A stretch of 64,000 bases of DNA from Candidatus Multivoradales bacterium (lineage in GTDB: Bacteria > Acidobacteriota > Thermoanaerobaculia > Multivoradales > JAHEKO01), in assembly GCA_965223855.1 (NCBI GenBank), contig CBDCXM010000009.1:1312001-1376000 (forward strand), in the 5' to 3' direction. Of this stretch, positions 9,132 to 17,555 are shown in pieces. The notes below the pieces were generated by a model that saw nothing but the letters and a program-made list of their open reading frames with translations, ran no database searches and was not told where the DNA came from. Both the position numbers and the translations under genes were made by a program. The number at the start of each line of letters is the position of its first letter. The first letter of the stretch is position 1.

Positions 9132-9626
9132 ATGTCGAGCACGTACCTGGAGGTCTACGAAGAGGAGTTCGAGCGCCTGGCAGAGGCCCTGCGCCGGCTC
9201 CGCTACGCCTCGAACGCCGAAGCGGTCTTCCTGATCGACAAGAACGGTCAGCAGATCGCCGCGGCCGGTGAGACCGAGAATTTCGATTCGACCTCGCTCG
9301 CCTCGCTGACGGCCGGCAACGTCGCCGCCACCGACGGTCTCGCCAAGCTCATCGGTGAGCGCGAGTTCTCGGTGCTCTTCCACGAGGGAGAGCGCGACCA
9401 CATCCACATCTCGCTGGTCGCCGATCGGGCGATCCTGCTGGTGATCTTCAACGAGCGTTCGTCGCTCGGTCTCGTGAGACTCAGGGTGCGGCGGGCGAGC
9501 GACGAGCTCGAGCAGATCTTCCGCGATGTGACCGAGAAGCACGAGAGCGAGCACGGCGATGACTCGCAGTCGAGTCCCTTCTGGGAGATCACTGACGAGG
9601 ACATCGACAGCCTGTTCAACGAGTGA
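9132..9626 (+). CDS. mglB: Roadblock/LC7 protein MglB (GAP of MglA)
   Basis: FLIDKNGQQIA, SLASLTAGNVAAT, FHEGERD, SLGLVRLRV and C-terminal SPFWEITDEDIDSLF resemble Myxococcus MglB; directly upstream of mglA. Confidence 0.93.
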   Translation: MSSTYLEVYEEEFERLAEALRRLRYASNAEAVFLIDKNGQQIAAAGETENFDSTSLASLTAGNVAATDGLAKLIGEREFSVLFHEGERDHIHISLVADRAILLVIFNERSSLGLVRLRVRRASDELEQIFRDVTEKHESEHGDDSQSSPFWEITDEDIDSLFNE

Positions 9627-9691
9627 GAGGTGAGTTGCGAGGGAGCGGGCGTGAGCCCGATTCCTGATCGCCGAGCCCCGACGGTCCGACG

Positions 9692-10276
9692 ATGACGTTC
9701 ATCAACTACGCAGCGAAGGAGATCAACTGCAAGATCGTCTATTACGGGCCCGGCCTCGGCGGTAAGACGACGAACCTCCAGCACATCTACACCAAGACCG
9801 CTCCCGACCGGAAGGGCAAGATGATCTCGCTCGCCACCGAGGCGGACCGGACGCTCTTCTTCGATTTTCTGCCGCTCGACCTCGGCTCGATCCGCGGCTT
9901 CACGACCCGCTTCCACCTCTACACAGTTCCCGGGCAGGTGTTCTACGACGCCAGTCGCAAGCTGATCCTCAAGGGGGTCGACGGAGTGATCTTCGTCGCC
10001 GACTCGCAGACCGAGCGGCTGGAGGCCAACATCGAGTCGATCCGCAATCTCGAGGCGAATCTCGCGGAGTACGGTTTCGACCTGCGGACGCTTCCGTATG
10101 CGCTGCAGTTCAACAAGCGCGACCTCGAGAACACCATGCCGAGCGAAGAGATGTACAAGATGCTCAACTACAAGCGTGAGCCGACCTTCGAGGCGATCGC
10201 GACGACCGGTGTCGGCGTGTTCGAGACGCTCAAGTCGGTCGCCAAGCAGATTCTCGTCGAACTGAGGAAGAGGTAG
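9692..10276 (+). CDS. mglA: Small Ras-like GTPase MglA
   Basis: [16 protein letters not shown]-loop, [17 protein letters not shown] and NKRD motifs. Confidence 0.96.
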   Translation: MTFINYAAKEINCKIVYYGPGLGGKTTNLQHIYTKTAPDRKGKMISLATEADRTLFFDFLPLDLGSIRGFTTRFHLYTVPGQVFYDASRKLILKGVDGVIFVADSQTERLEANIESIRNLEANLAEYGFDLRTLPYALQFNKRDLENTMPSEEMYKMLNYKREPTFEAIATTGVGVFETLKSVAKQILVELRKR

Positions 10277-10285
10277 GCGGTCGCC

Positions 10286-10921
10286 GTGGCAAAACGCTGG
10301 AAGCCCCAGGAGATCACCTACCTCAAGCGCTACGCCAAGCTGCGTCACGTCGGCGAGCTCGCCGAGCGCTTCAAGACCGACGCGACCACCGTGCAACTCA
10401 AGCTCAAGGAGCTGGAGCTCGAAGCGCTCGACTCGGTCGAGCCCGCACCGCTAGAAGGGAGCCATCAGCTCGAGCTGTTCGAGCGCGCGCTCAAGGCGCT
10501 GCACGCCGGCAGGTTCGCGCAGGCGAGAGGCGGTTTCGAGAAGGTGATCGCCCAGGGAGATCAGCCCGATCTCATCAACCGTGCCCGCAGGTACCTGACG
10601 ATCGCCGCGGAGCAGGCCAAGGGCGGCCCCGAGGACGTCGAGGCCGACGACCCCTACCTGCAGGCGGTCTACGAGCGCAACAACGGCAACTTCGACGCCG
10701 CACTGGCGATCGCGAGCGCCGGGGGTCGACGTTCGAAGGACGCCCGCTTCGCGTATCTGGTGGCCTCGATCCACGTCGCCCGCGAGGAGTTCGAGGAGGC
10801 GGCCGGCTTCCTGACGACGGCGATCGAGCTCGATCCGATGGCGCGCGTCAACGCGGTCAACGACGCGGACTTTGCCGCGCTGCGCGAGGTCGAGGAGTAC
10901 GCCGACCTCTTCGTGGAGTAG
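10286..10921 (+). CDS. TPR-containing protein with an N-terminal HTH/Myb-like segment
   Basis: Helical repeats (ALHAGRFAQARGGFEKV; AYLVASIHVAREEFEEAAGFLTTAIELDP); N-terminal RWKPQEITYLK...ELAERFK...VQLKLKEL. Confidence 0.65.
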   Translation: MAKRWKPQEITYLKRYAKLRHVGELAERFKTDATTVQLKLKELELEALDSVEPAPLEGSHQLELFERALKALHAGRFAQARGGFEKVIAQGDQPDLINRARRYLTIAAEQAKGGPEDVEADDPYLQAVYERNNGNFDAALAIASAGGRRSKDARFAYLVASIHVAREEFEEAAGFLTTAIELDPMARVNAVNDADFAALREVEEYADLFVE

Positions 10922-10932
10922 CGGCGCCGACG

Positions 10933-11913
10933 ATGAGCGGACTGAAGGTCGTCGCCATCGGTGGCGGCAGCGGCCTCGCGGTCCTGCTGCGCGGGCTGAA
11001 GCGCCACGTCGGCGAGCGGCTCGAGGAACTCGTCGCCGTCGTCACGGTCAGCGATGACGGCGGCTCCTCAGGTCGTCTGCGGCGCGACTTCGGCGTGCCG
11101 CCGCCGGGCGACATCCGCAACTGCATCGTCGCCCTCGCGGACGACGAGGCGCTGCTGTCGCGCCTGTTCCAGTATCGCTTCGTCGGCGGTGAGGGCCTCG
11201 CCGGCCACTCGTTCGGCAATCTGCTGCTGACCGCGCTGACCGGCATCACGGGCGATTTCTACCAGGCGATCCTGACCGCCGAGTCGATCCTGTCGGTGCG
11301 CGGCCGCATCCTGCCGGCGACTCTGACCGACGTGCGGCTCATCGCGACCGGCCGCTCCGGCCGCTCCTACGACGGCGAATCGGCGATCGGCAGCGCGGGC
11401 GAGCCTATCGAGCAGGTGTCGATGGAGCCGGGCGGCGCGGCCGCGTTCCCGCCGGCGGAGGAGGCGATTCGCCGGGCGGATCTCGTGCTGCTGGGCCCGG
11501 GGTCGCTCTACACTTCGATCGTGCCCAATCTGCTCATCCCGGGAATCCGGCGCGCGGTGAGGGAGACCGACGGCCGGGTCTGTCTGTTGCTCAATCTGAT
11601 GACGCAGCCCGGCGAAACCGACGGCATGGGAGCCGCCGCCCACTTCGAGGTGGTGCGGCGCTATCTCGGTGAGGAAGCGGTCGACCGGGTCATCTTTCAT
11701 CACGGAGAGCTGCCGGAACGCCTCGTGCAGCGCTATGCCGACCAGGGAGCGGAGCCGGTGATCGCCGCCGAAGAGACCGCCTTCGACGGTGCCGTCGCGG
11801 TGGCGCGGGATCTGCTGGAGGACGGTGAGCTGGTCCGGCACGACCCGGCGAAGCTGGCGGCGGCGGCGCTCGATCAGGCTGACGAGCGAGAGGAAGGTTC
11901 CGCAGATGGCTGA
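10933..11913 (+). CDS. yvcK: YvcK/GlmR family UDP-GlcNAc-binding protein (UPF0052)
   Basis: VAIGGGSGL, VTVSDDGGSSGRLR, PPGDIRN, GHSFGNL, GPGSLYTS and NLMTQPGET motifs. Confidence 0.93.
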   Translation: MSGLKVVAIGGGSGLAVLLRGLKRHVGERLEELVAVVTVSDDGGSSGRLRRDFGVPPPGDIRNCIVALADDEALLSRLFQYRFVGGEGLAGHSFGNLLLTALTGITGDFYQAILTAESILSVRGRILPATLTDVRLIATGRSGRSYDGESAIGSAGEPIEQVSMEPGGAAAFPPAEEAIRRADLVLLGPGSLYTSIVPNLLIPGIRRAVRETDGRVCLLLNLMTQPGETDGMGAAAHFEVVRRYLGEEAVDRVIFHHGELPERLVQRYADQGAEPVIAAEETAFDGAVAVARDLLEDGELVRHDPAKLAAAALDQADEREEGSADG

Positions 11914-13291
11914 CGCACCGAGGGCGGTGGTTCTGGCGGCGGGCAAGGGGACGAGGATGAAGTCCGTCCGCCCCAAGGTGTTGCACGAGGTGGCGGGCCG
12001 GCCGATGCTCGCCTGGGTGCTCGACGCTGCGCGCGAGGCGGGCTGCGCCGAGCTGGTCGTCGTCGTCGGCCACGGTGCCGACGAGGTCCGGGCGGCCGTC
12101 GAGGCGAGGGACGTGCGCTTCGTCGTTCAGCAGGAGCAGCGCGGCACCGGCCACGCCCTGGCCTGCGCCCGCGACCTGGTGCCGGCCGATTCGGTGATGC
12201 TCGTCCTCTCGGGCGACGTGCCGCTGCTGCGGCCGGCGACCCTCGCCGGCCTGCTCGATGCCGCGCGCGAGAGCTGGGGAGCTCTGGCGGTCGCCCGGCA
12301 CGACGATCCCGGCTCGCTCGGCCGTGTCGTGGTGGAGAGTGACGGCTCTCTCGAGCGGATCGTGGAGGCCGCCGACGCGACCGCCGAGGAGCTGGCGATC
12401 GACCTCGTCAACGCCGGGATCTACGCCCTGCCGGCGGGCGACACCTTCGCGCGCCTCGATCGGCTCGGTACCGACAACGCAAAGGGCGAGCTCTACCTCA
12501 CCGACGCTCTGGGCGGTGCGGCGGCGGACGGCGAGAGGGTGGTGCCGGTGGAACTGGAGGATCCGGGGGAGGCGTTCGGCGCCAACGACCGGCTCGATCT
12601 GGCGCGTATCCATCGCACGTTCCTCGACCGCAAGCTCGCCGCACTGGCCGAAGAGGGGGTGACGGTACTGGAGCCGGAGCGCACCGTCATCGAGCCGCAG
12701 GTCGAGATCGGTGCCGACACGGTGATTCACCCCGGGGTGTCTCTGACCGGACGGACGACGATCGGCGCCGGCAGCGTGATCGAACAGGGATGCTGGGTCC
12801 GCTCCTCGACGCTCGGTGCCGGTGTGACCCTGCTCCCGTACAGCGTCCTCGAAGGGGCGGCGGTCGAGGCGGACTGCCGGATCGGTCCGTTCGCCCGCCT
12901 GCGCCCCGGAGCGCAACTCGACTCCGACGCCCGGGTCGGCAACTTCGTCGAAGTCAAGAACGCGCGCCTCGGCCCCGGGGTCAAGGCGGGGCATCTCGCC
13001 TATCTCGGCGATGCGGAGATCGGCGCCGGCACCAACATCGGCGCCGGCACGATCACGTGCAACTACGACGGCGTGGAGAAGCACCGCACCACCATCGGCA
13101 GGGACGTCTTCGTCGGCAGCGACACCATGCTGGTGGCGCCGGTGGAGCTGGGAGACGAGGCGAGCACCGCCGCCGGATCGGTGATCCACAAGGACGTTCC
13201 GGAGGGTGCGCTCGGGGTGGCGCGCACCCGGCAGCGAAACATCGAGGGGTGGGCCGAGCGCTCTCGCAGGAAGCGCGACGAGCGCGACTGA
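11906..13291 (+). CDS. glmU: Bifunctional UDP-GlcNAc pyrophosphorylase / glucosamine-1-phosphate acetyltransferase
   Basis: LAAGKGTRMKS..PKVLH, GELYLTD, hexapeptide repeats, GAGTITCNYDG. Confidence 0.97.
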   Translation: MADAPRAVVLAAGKGTRMKSVRPKVLHEVAGRPMLAWVLDAAREAGCAELVVVVGHGADEVRAAVEARDVRFVVQQEQRGTGHALACARDLVPADSVMLVLSGDVPLLRPATLAGLLDAARESWGALAVARHDDPGSLGRVVVESDGSLERIVEAADATAEELAIDLVNAGIYALPAGDTFARLDRLGTDNAKGELYLTDALGGAAADGERVVPVELEDPGEAFGANDRLDLARIHRTFLDRKLAALAEEGVTVLEPERTVIEPQVEIGADTVIHPGVSLTGRTTIGAGSVIEQGCWVRSSTLGAGVTLLPYSVLEGAAVEADCRIGPFARLRPGAQLDSDARVGNFVEVKNARLGPGVKAGHLAYLGDAEIGAGTNIGAGTITCNYDGVEKHRTTIGRDVFVGSDTMLVAPVELGDEASTAAGSVIHKDVPEGALGVARTRQRNIEGWAERSRRKRDERD

Positions 13292-13315
13292 GTCCTGTGC
13301 TAGTAAGCTCCCGCC

Positions 13316-15143
13316 ATGTGCGGAATCGTCGGCTACGTCGGTGAGCGTGAAGTGATCCCCGTCCTGATGGACGGTCTGAGGCGCCTCGAATATCGCGGTT
13401 ACGACTCGGCGGGCGTGGCCGTGGTCGAGCAGGGGAATCTCGGGACGGTGCGCGCCGCCGGCAAGCTCGATCGACTGGTCGAGAAGCTCAACGGCGGCAA
13501 GCCGCCGGGCGCCTTCGGCCTCGGCCACACGCGCTGGGCGACCCACGGCGCGCCGATCGAGCGCAACGCTCATCCGCTGGTCGATTCGAAGGGGCGGGTG
13601 GCGCTGATCCACAACGGTATCGTCGAGAACTTCCTCGAGATCAAGCGACGTCTGTCGTCGGAGGGCTGGGAGTTCGTCTCCGACACCGATACCGAGGTGA
13701 TCGCCAACCTCGTCAGCTATCACCTCGACGGCGATCTCACGCAGGCGGTGCGCAAGGCGGTCTCCGAGCTCGACGGCATGTTCGCCATCGCCGTGGTCTC
13801 GACAGCCGATCACGCCCACCAGCAGATCGTTGTCGCCCGGCAGGGGCCGCCGCTGATTCTGGGCGTCGGCGAGGGAGAGACCTTCCTGGCGTCCGATCCG
13901 GCGGCGCTGCTGGCGCACACGAAGGATGTCGTCTTCCTCGAGAACGGAGACGTCGCCCTGCTGACCCCGGACGGCATCACCACCTGGGGCGTCGGACGGA
14001 GAGGTCGTGGAAAGGCCGGTGACCCGCCTGACCTGGGATCCGATCCAGGCCGAGAAGGGCGGCTACAAGCACTTCATGGCGAAGGAGATCCACGAGCAGC
14101 CGCAGGCGGTGCAGGACACCTTTGCCGGTCGCATCGACTTCGAGACCGCAAGCGTCGATTTCGACGAGCTGACGATCTCGGCCGAGGAGGCCGAGCGGCT
14201 GCGCGGGGTCGACCTCCTGGCCTGCGGAACGTCCTGGCATGCCGCCCTGGTCGGCAAGTTCCTCATCGAGGAGCTGGCGCGGCTGCCGGTCGAAGTCGAC
14301 TACGGATCGGAGTATCGGTATCGCGACCCCCTGGTGAGCGAGGGCTACCTGGCGGTCGGCATTTCGCAGTCGGGCGAGACCGCCGACACCCTCTCGGCGA
14401 TGGCGGCGGCCGAGGAACGGGGCGCGCGGCTGGCGGCGATCTGCAACGTGCAGGGCTCTCAGGCGACGAGGGTGAGCGACGGTGTGCTCTACACCCATGC
14501 CGGGCCGGAGATCGGCGTCGCCTCGACCAAGGCGTTCACCACCCAGTTGACCGCTCTCTACCTGCTGGCGCTCTACCTGCGGCAGGTGCGTGGCATGGGA
14601 GTCACCCAGGAGCAGGTGGCGGCACTCGCTCACCTGCCGGCGGCGATCGATACGGCGCTGGAGCAGGAGGAGGCGATCGCCGAGCTGGCTCGCCGCTATT
14701 CCCGCGCGGAGAACTTCCTCTACCTCGGGCGGGGCATCAACTATCCGATCGCCCTGGAGGGTGCGCTGAAGCTCAAGGAGATCTCCTACATCCATGCCGA
14801 GGGCTACCCGGCAGGCGAGATGAAGCACGGTCCGATCGCGCTCATCGACCAGGAGATGCCGGTGGTCGCCATCGCCACCGGCGACCGCCTGTTCGACAAG
14901 ATGCGATCGAACATGCAGGAGGCCCGTGCCCGCGACGGCGTCGTCCTGGCGGTGACCGACCGCGAGCCGGAGGAGCTCGAAGGGGCGGCCGACGAGGTGA
15001 TGGTGGTGCCGTGCGTCTCGGAGTTGCTGCAGCCGATCGTCAACACGATTCCGCTGCAGCTGTTTGCCTACCACGTCGCCGTGCGGCGCGGCTGTGACGT
15101 CGATCAGCCTCGCAATCTCGCGAAGAGCGTGACGGTCGAGTAG
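13316..15143 (+). CDS. glmS: Glutamine--fructose-6-phosphate aminotransferase, split by a +1 frameshift at about 13986-13989 (probable sequence error)
   Basis: MCGIVG, GHTRWATHG and HNGIVEN lie in the 13316 frame; the SIS domains and C-terminal DQPRNLAKSVTVE lie in the 14007 frame. Removing one G from TGGGGC joins them (W-A-S-D-G-E-V-V-E-R). Confidence 0.93.
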
Positions 15144-15179
15144 CGATCCGGACCGGCGGAGCGCCGACCCCGGGCGACG

Positions 15180-16214
15180 TCAGCCGGCCAGGTCGATGGC
15201 GAGGATCGTGACCGGCTGCAGCTCGTCGAGCGGCGGCAGGGCGCCGTTCGACAGTCGGCCGTACTGCGAGTTGGCGATGTAGTAGAGGGTGTCCCCGACC
15301 AGCACGCCGGTGAGCGGATCGTTCCACTGCGGGTCGTCTTCCGCGAGCACGTCGGCATCGACGATCGTCCGCCGTTGCCCGTCGAGGTGGTATCGCCTCA
15401 CGACGCCCTCGGTCGGGTGGATGCCGATCAGTGAGCTGCCGTGAAAGTAGAGCCCGTCGGCGGGCGACGTCATCAGAGCGTTCGGATCGTCGAGCGAAAG
15501 CCGTTCGGCGGTCGCCGTGTCGAAGGAGCTCACCCCTTCGGCATGGGCGACGTAGAGCCGCCCGTCGTCGCCGAAGGTGAGCCCGTTCGGGTTCTTGAAG
15601 CGACCCGGCCGCGCGAAGATCTGCAGCTCGGAAGCGCCCTCCTCGAGTACCCAGACCGCCGGCGCATTGAACATGTGGGTGATGTAGACGTTCCCCTGCG
15701 GCCCCAGCTCGAGGTCGTTGAAGAAGTGGGTACCGCCCTCTTCGCCGACCGTCCAGCGATCCACGAGCGACCCGTCCTCCAACGAGAAAGCGAAGAGCCC
15801 CGAGGCGTTCCCTCGGCCTCCCTGATGCCCCTCCAGATTGCCGCCGTCCGCACTCGCCACCCATAGCCGGCGCGCCCGAGCGTCGACCTTCATCCCCATC
15901 ACCATCCACATCCCCTCGGCTCGAGGGCCGACGAAGTCACTCGCCGTGCCGTCGGCGGTCACGCGCACGATCTTCCCCTTGCGCGTCGAGCCGACGAAGA
16001 AGTCGCCGGTCACCGGATCGTGGGCGAGGTTCTCGGGGAGCAGGTCGCGCTCCTCGAGGGTGAAGGCCACCCGCGGGGGCCCCGCTTCGGGTGGAGTTTC
16101 CGACTCGATGTCGGAGCGGCCGCAGCCGGTCAGAGCGAGCAGCAGCGCAGAGCAGAGGAGAGCGGGAGCGAGAAGCTCGCCGTAGGGGCGAGTCGGGAGG
16201 CGGTCGGGTCGCAT
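15180..16214 (-). CDS. SMP-30/gluconolactonase-like beta-propeller lipoprotein
   Basis: Lipobox LTGC; LPENLAHDP, FFNDL, NPNGL and ADGL motifs. Confidence 0.75.
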   Translation of the reverse strand: MRPDRLPTRPYGELLAPALLCSALLLALTGCGRSDIESETPPEAGPPRVAFTLEERDLLPENLAHDPVTGDFFVGSTRKGKIVRVTADGTASDFVGPRAEGMWMVMGMKVDARARRLWVASADGGNLEGHQGGRGNASGLFAFSLEDGSLVDRWTVGEEGGTHFFNDLELGPQGNVYITHMFNAPAVWVLEEGASELQIFARPGRFKNPNGLTFGDDGRLYVAHAEGVSSFDTATAERLSLDDPNALMTSPADGLYFHGSSLIGIHPTEGVVRRYHLDGQRRTIVDADVLAEDDPQWNDPLTGVLVGDTLYYIANSQYGRLSNGALPPLDELQPVTILAIDLAG

Positions 16215-16337
16215 CCGGGGAGTCTACCGTCGCCTCCCATCGCGCCGAGCGCCGGAGGAGGCGGCCGGCGCTCGTGCCTCGGGGAGGGTGTACAGTGTGC
16301 CGGGGGTTCGACAGGAAGTCGGCATGGAGAGGCGCAG

Positions 16338-17018
16338 ATGAAGTTCAACGAGGTTCGCTCCGAGCTGAAGCGGAGCGGCACGGCCCAGAACCGCAAGATC
16401 TACGGTCGGCACGGCGTCCGCGAACCGATGTACGGCGTCAGCTTCGCCAACCTTCGCAAGCTGGCGAAGGAGATCAAGACCGACCACCGACTGGCGGAGC
16501 GACTCTGGGCGACCGGCAACCACGACTCGCGGATGCTGGCGACGATGATCGCCGACCCGGATGCCGTGCGCTCGCGACGGCTCGACGAATGGGTGCGGGA
16601 CCTCGACAACTACGTCGTCACCGATGCCTTCTCGGCGTTCGTCGCTCGCACTCCCTTCGTCAAGAGCAAGGCCGATCGCTGGGCCAAGTCGAGACAGGAG
16701 TTCGTTGGCCAGGCGGGCTACAACCTGGTGAGCGCCCTGGCGTCGAACGACGAAGAACTGCCGGCGTCGTACTTCCTCGACTACCTCGAGCGGATCGAAG
16801 AGCGCATCCACTCGAGCGAGAACCGCACCCGCCATGCGATGAACCAGGCGGTGATCTGCATCGGCGTGCGCACCCCCGGACTCAAGCGGCGGGCGGTCGC
16901 CGCGGCGAAGCGGATCGGCACGGTGGAGGTCGACCACGGGGAGACCTCCTGCAAGACGCCCGAGGCGGTGGGGTATATCGAGAAGGTGCTGGCGTACCGG
17001 GAAAAGAAGGGTCGCTGA
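16338..17018 (+). CDS. AlkD-like DNA alkylation repair protein (HEAT-like)
   Basis: YGVSFANLRKLAKEIKTDHRLAERLWATGNHDSRMLA; C-terminal VEVDHGETSCKTP; GGAGAGG SD before ATG 16338. Confidence 0.85.
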   Translation: MKFNEVRSELKRSGTAQNRKIYGRHGVREPMYGVSFANLRKLAKEIKTDHRLAERLWATGNHDSRMLATMIADPDAVRSRRLDEWVRDLDNYVVTDAFSAFVARTPFVKSKADRWAKSRQEFVGQAGYNLVSALASNDEELPASYFLDYLERIEERIHSSENRTRHAMNQAVICIGVRTPGLKRRAVAAAKRIGTVEVDHGETSCKTPEAVGYIEKVLAYREKKGR

Positions 17019-17041
17019 CGACTGCAGCCTTGTCTGTTGGA

Positions 17042-17225
17042 GCCGGTCCACCCGGACGGGGGTCGGCATTGCCGCCCAAGGGGGACGTCGCGCGTACTCG
17101 GTAGGAGGATCTTCAGCGCGCTCTCTTTCGCCTTCGCCCCGTTCCGCTTTCGTTGAGCGAACCTGCTCGGGGCTCGGCTCGAGCCCCCTTGGCCGGCAAT
17201 GCCAACCCCCTGGTGGACCTACCGT
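17042..17225. repeat. Structured REP/REPIN-like repeat unit A (184 bp, self-complementary hairpin)
   Basis: GGTCCACC...GGCATTGCC..CCAAGGGGG pairs with CCCCCTTGG..GGCAATGCC...GGTGGACC. Core is shared in inverted orientation with unit B. Confidence 0.75.
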
Positions 17226-17355
17226 CGTGCCGTAGGCCAGCCGATGGTGCCAGCCCTCGACCCCACGGTCGTCCCGCGGCGCGCTGTTCGGGCGCGTTGG
17301 GGATCCAGAGGCACCTTACTCGAAGGGGGGAGGGATCTGGGGAAGTTGGCAGACT

Positions 17356-17537
17356 ACGGTAGGTCCGAGTCAGCCGGGCATGCTGAGGGCCGAGGGGGCT
17401 CGAGCCGAGGCCCGGAAGCCTTGGCACCAGACCGCAGGTCGTCGGCCGACGGCGAGAGAGTGCGCGCTGAAGGTCGTCCTACCGAGTACGCGCGACGTCC
17501 CCCTCGGGCTCAGCATGTCCGGCCGACTCGGACCGGC
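17356..17537. repeat. Structured REP/REPIN-like repeat unit B (182 bp), inverted relative to unit A
   Basis: Starts ACG-GTAG-GTCC. GGTCCGAGTCAGCCGGGCATGCTGAG pairs with CTCAGCATGTCCGGCCGACTCGGACC. Carries the reverse complement of the unit A core. Confidence 0.75.
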
Positions 17538-17555
17538 ATCGTCGGGTAGGGCTCT

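Noticed and set aside
13292-13315. glmS ribozyme upstream of glmS
   Set aside because: Only 24 nt separate glmU and glmS; there is no room for it and no consensus.
17455-17503. Hammerhead ribozyme in the repeat core (CTGAAGG...GAGT...GTC)
   Set aside because: Lacks the required CUGANGA and GAAA core nucleotides.
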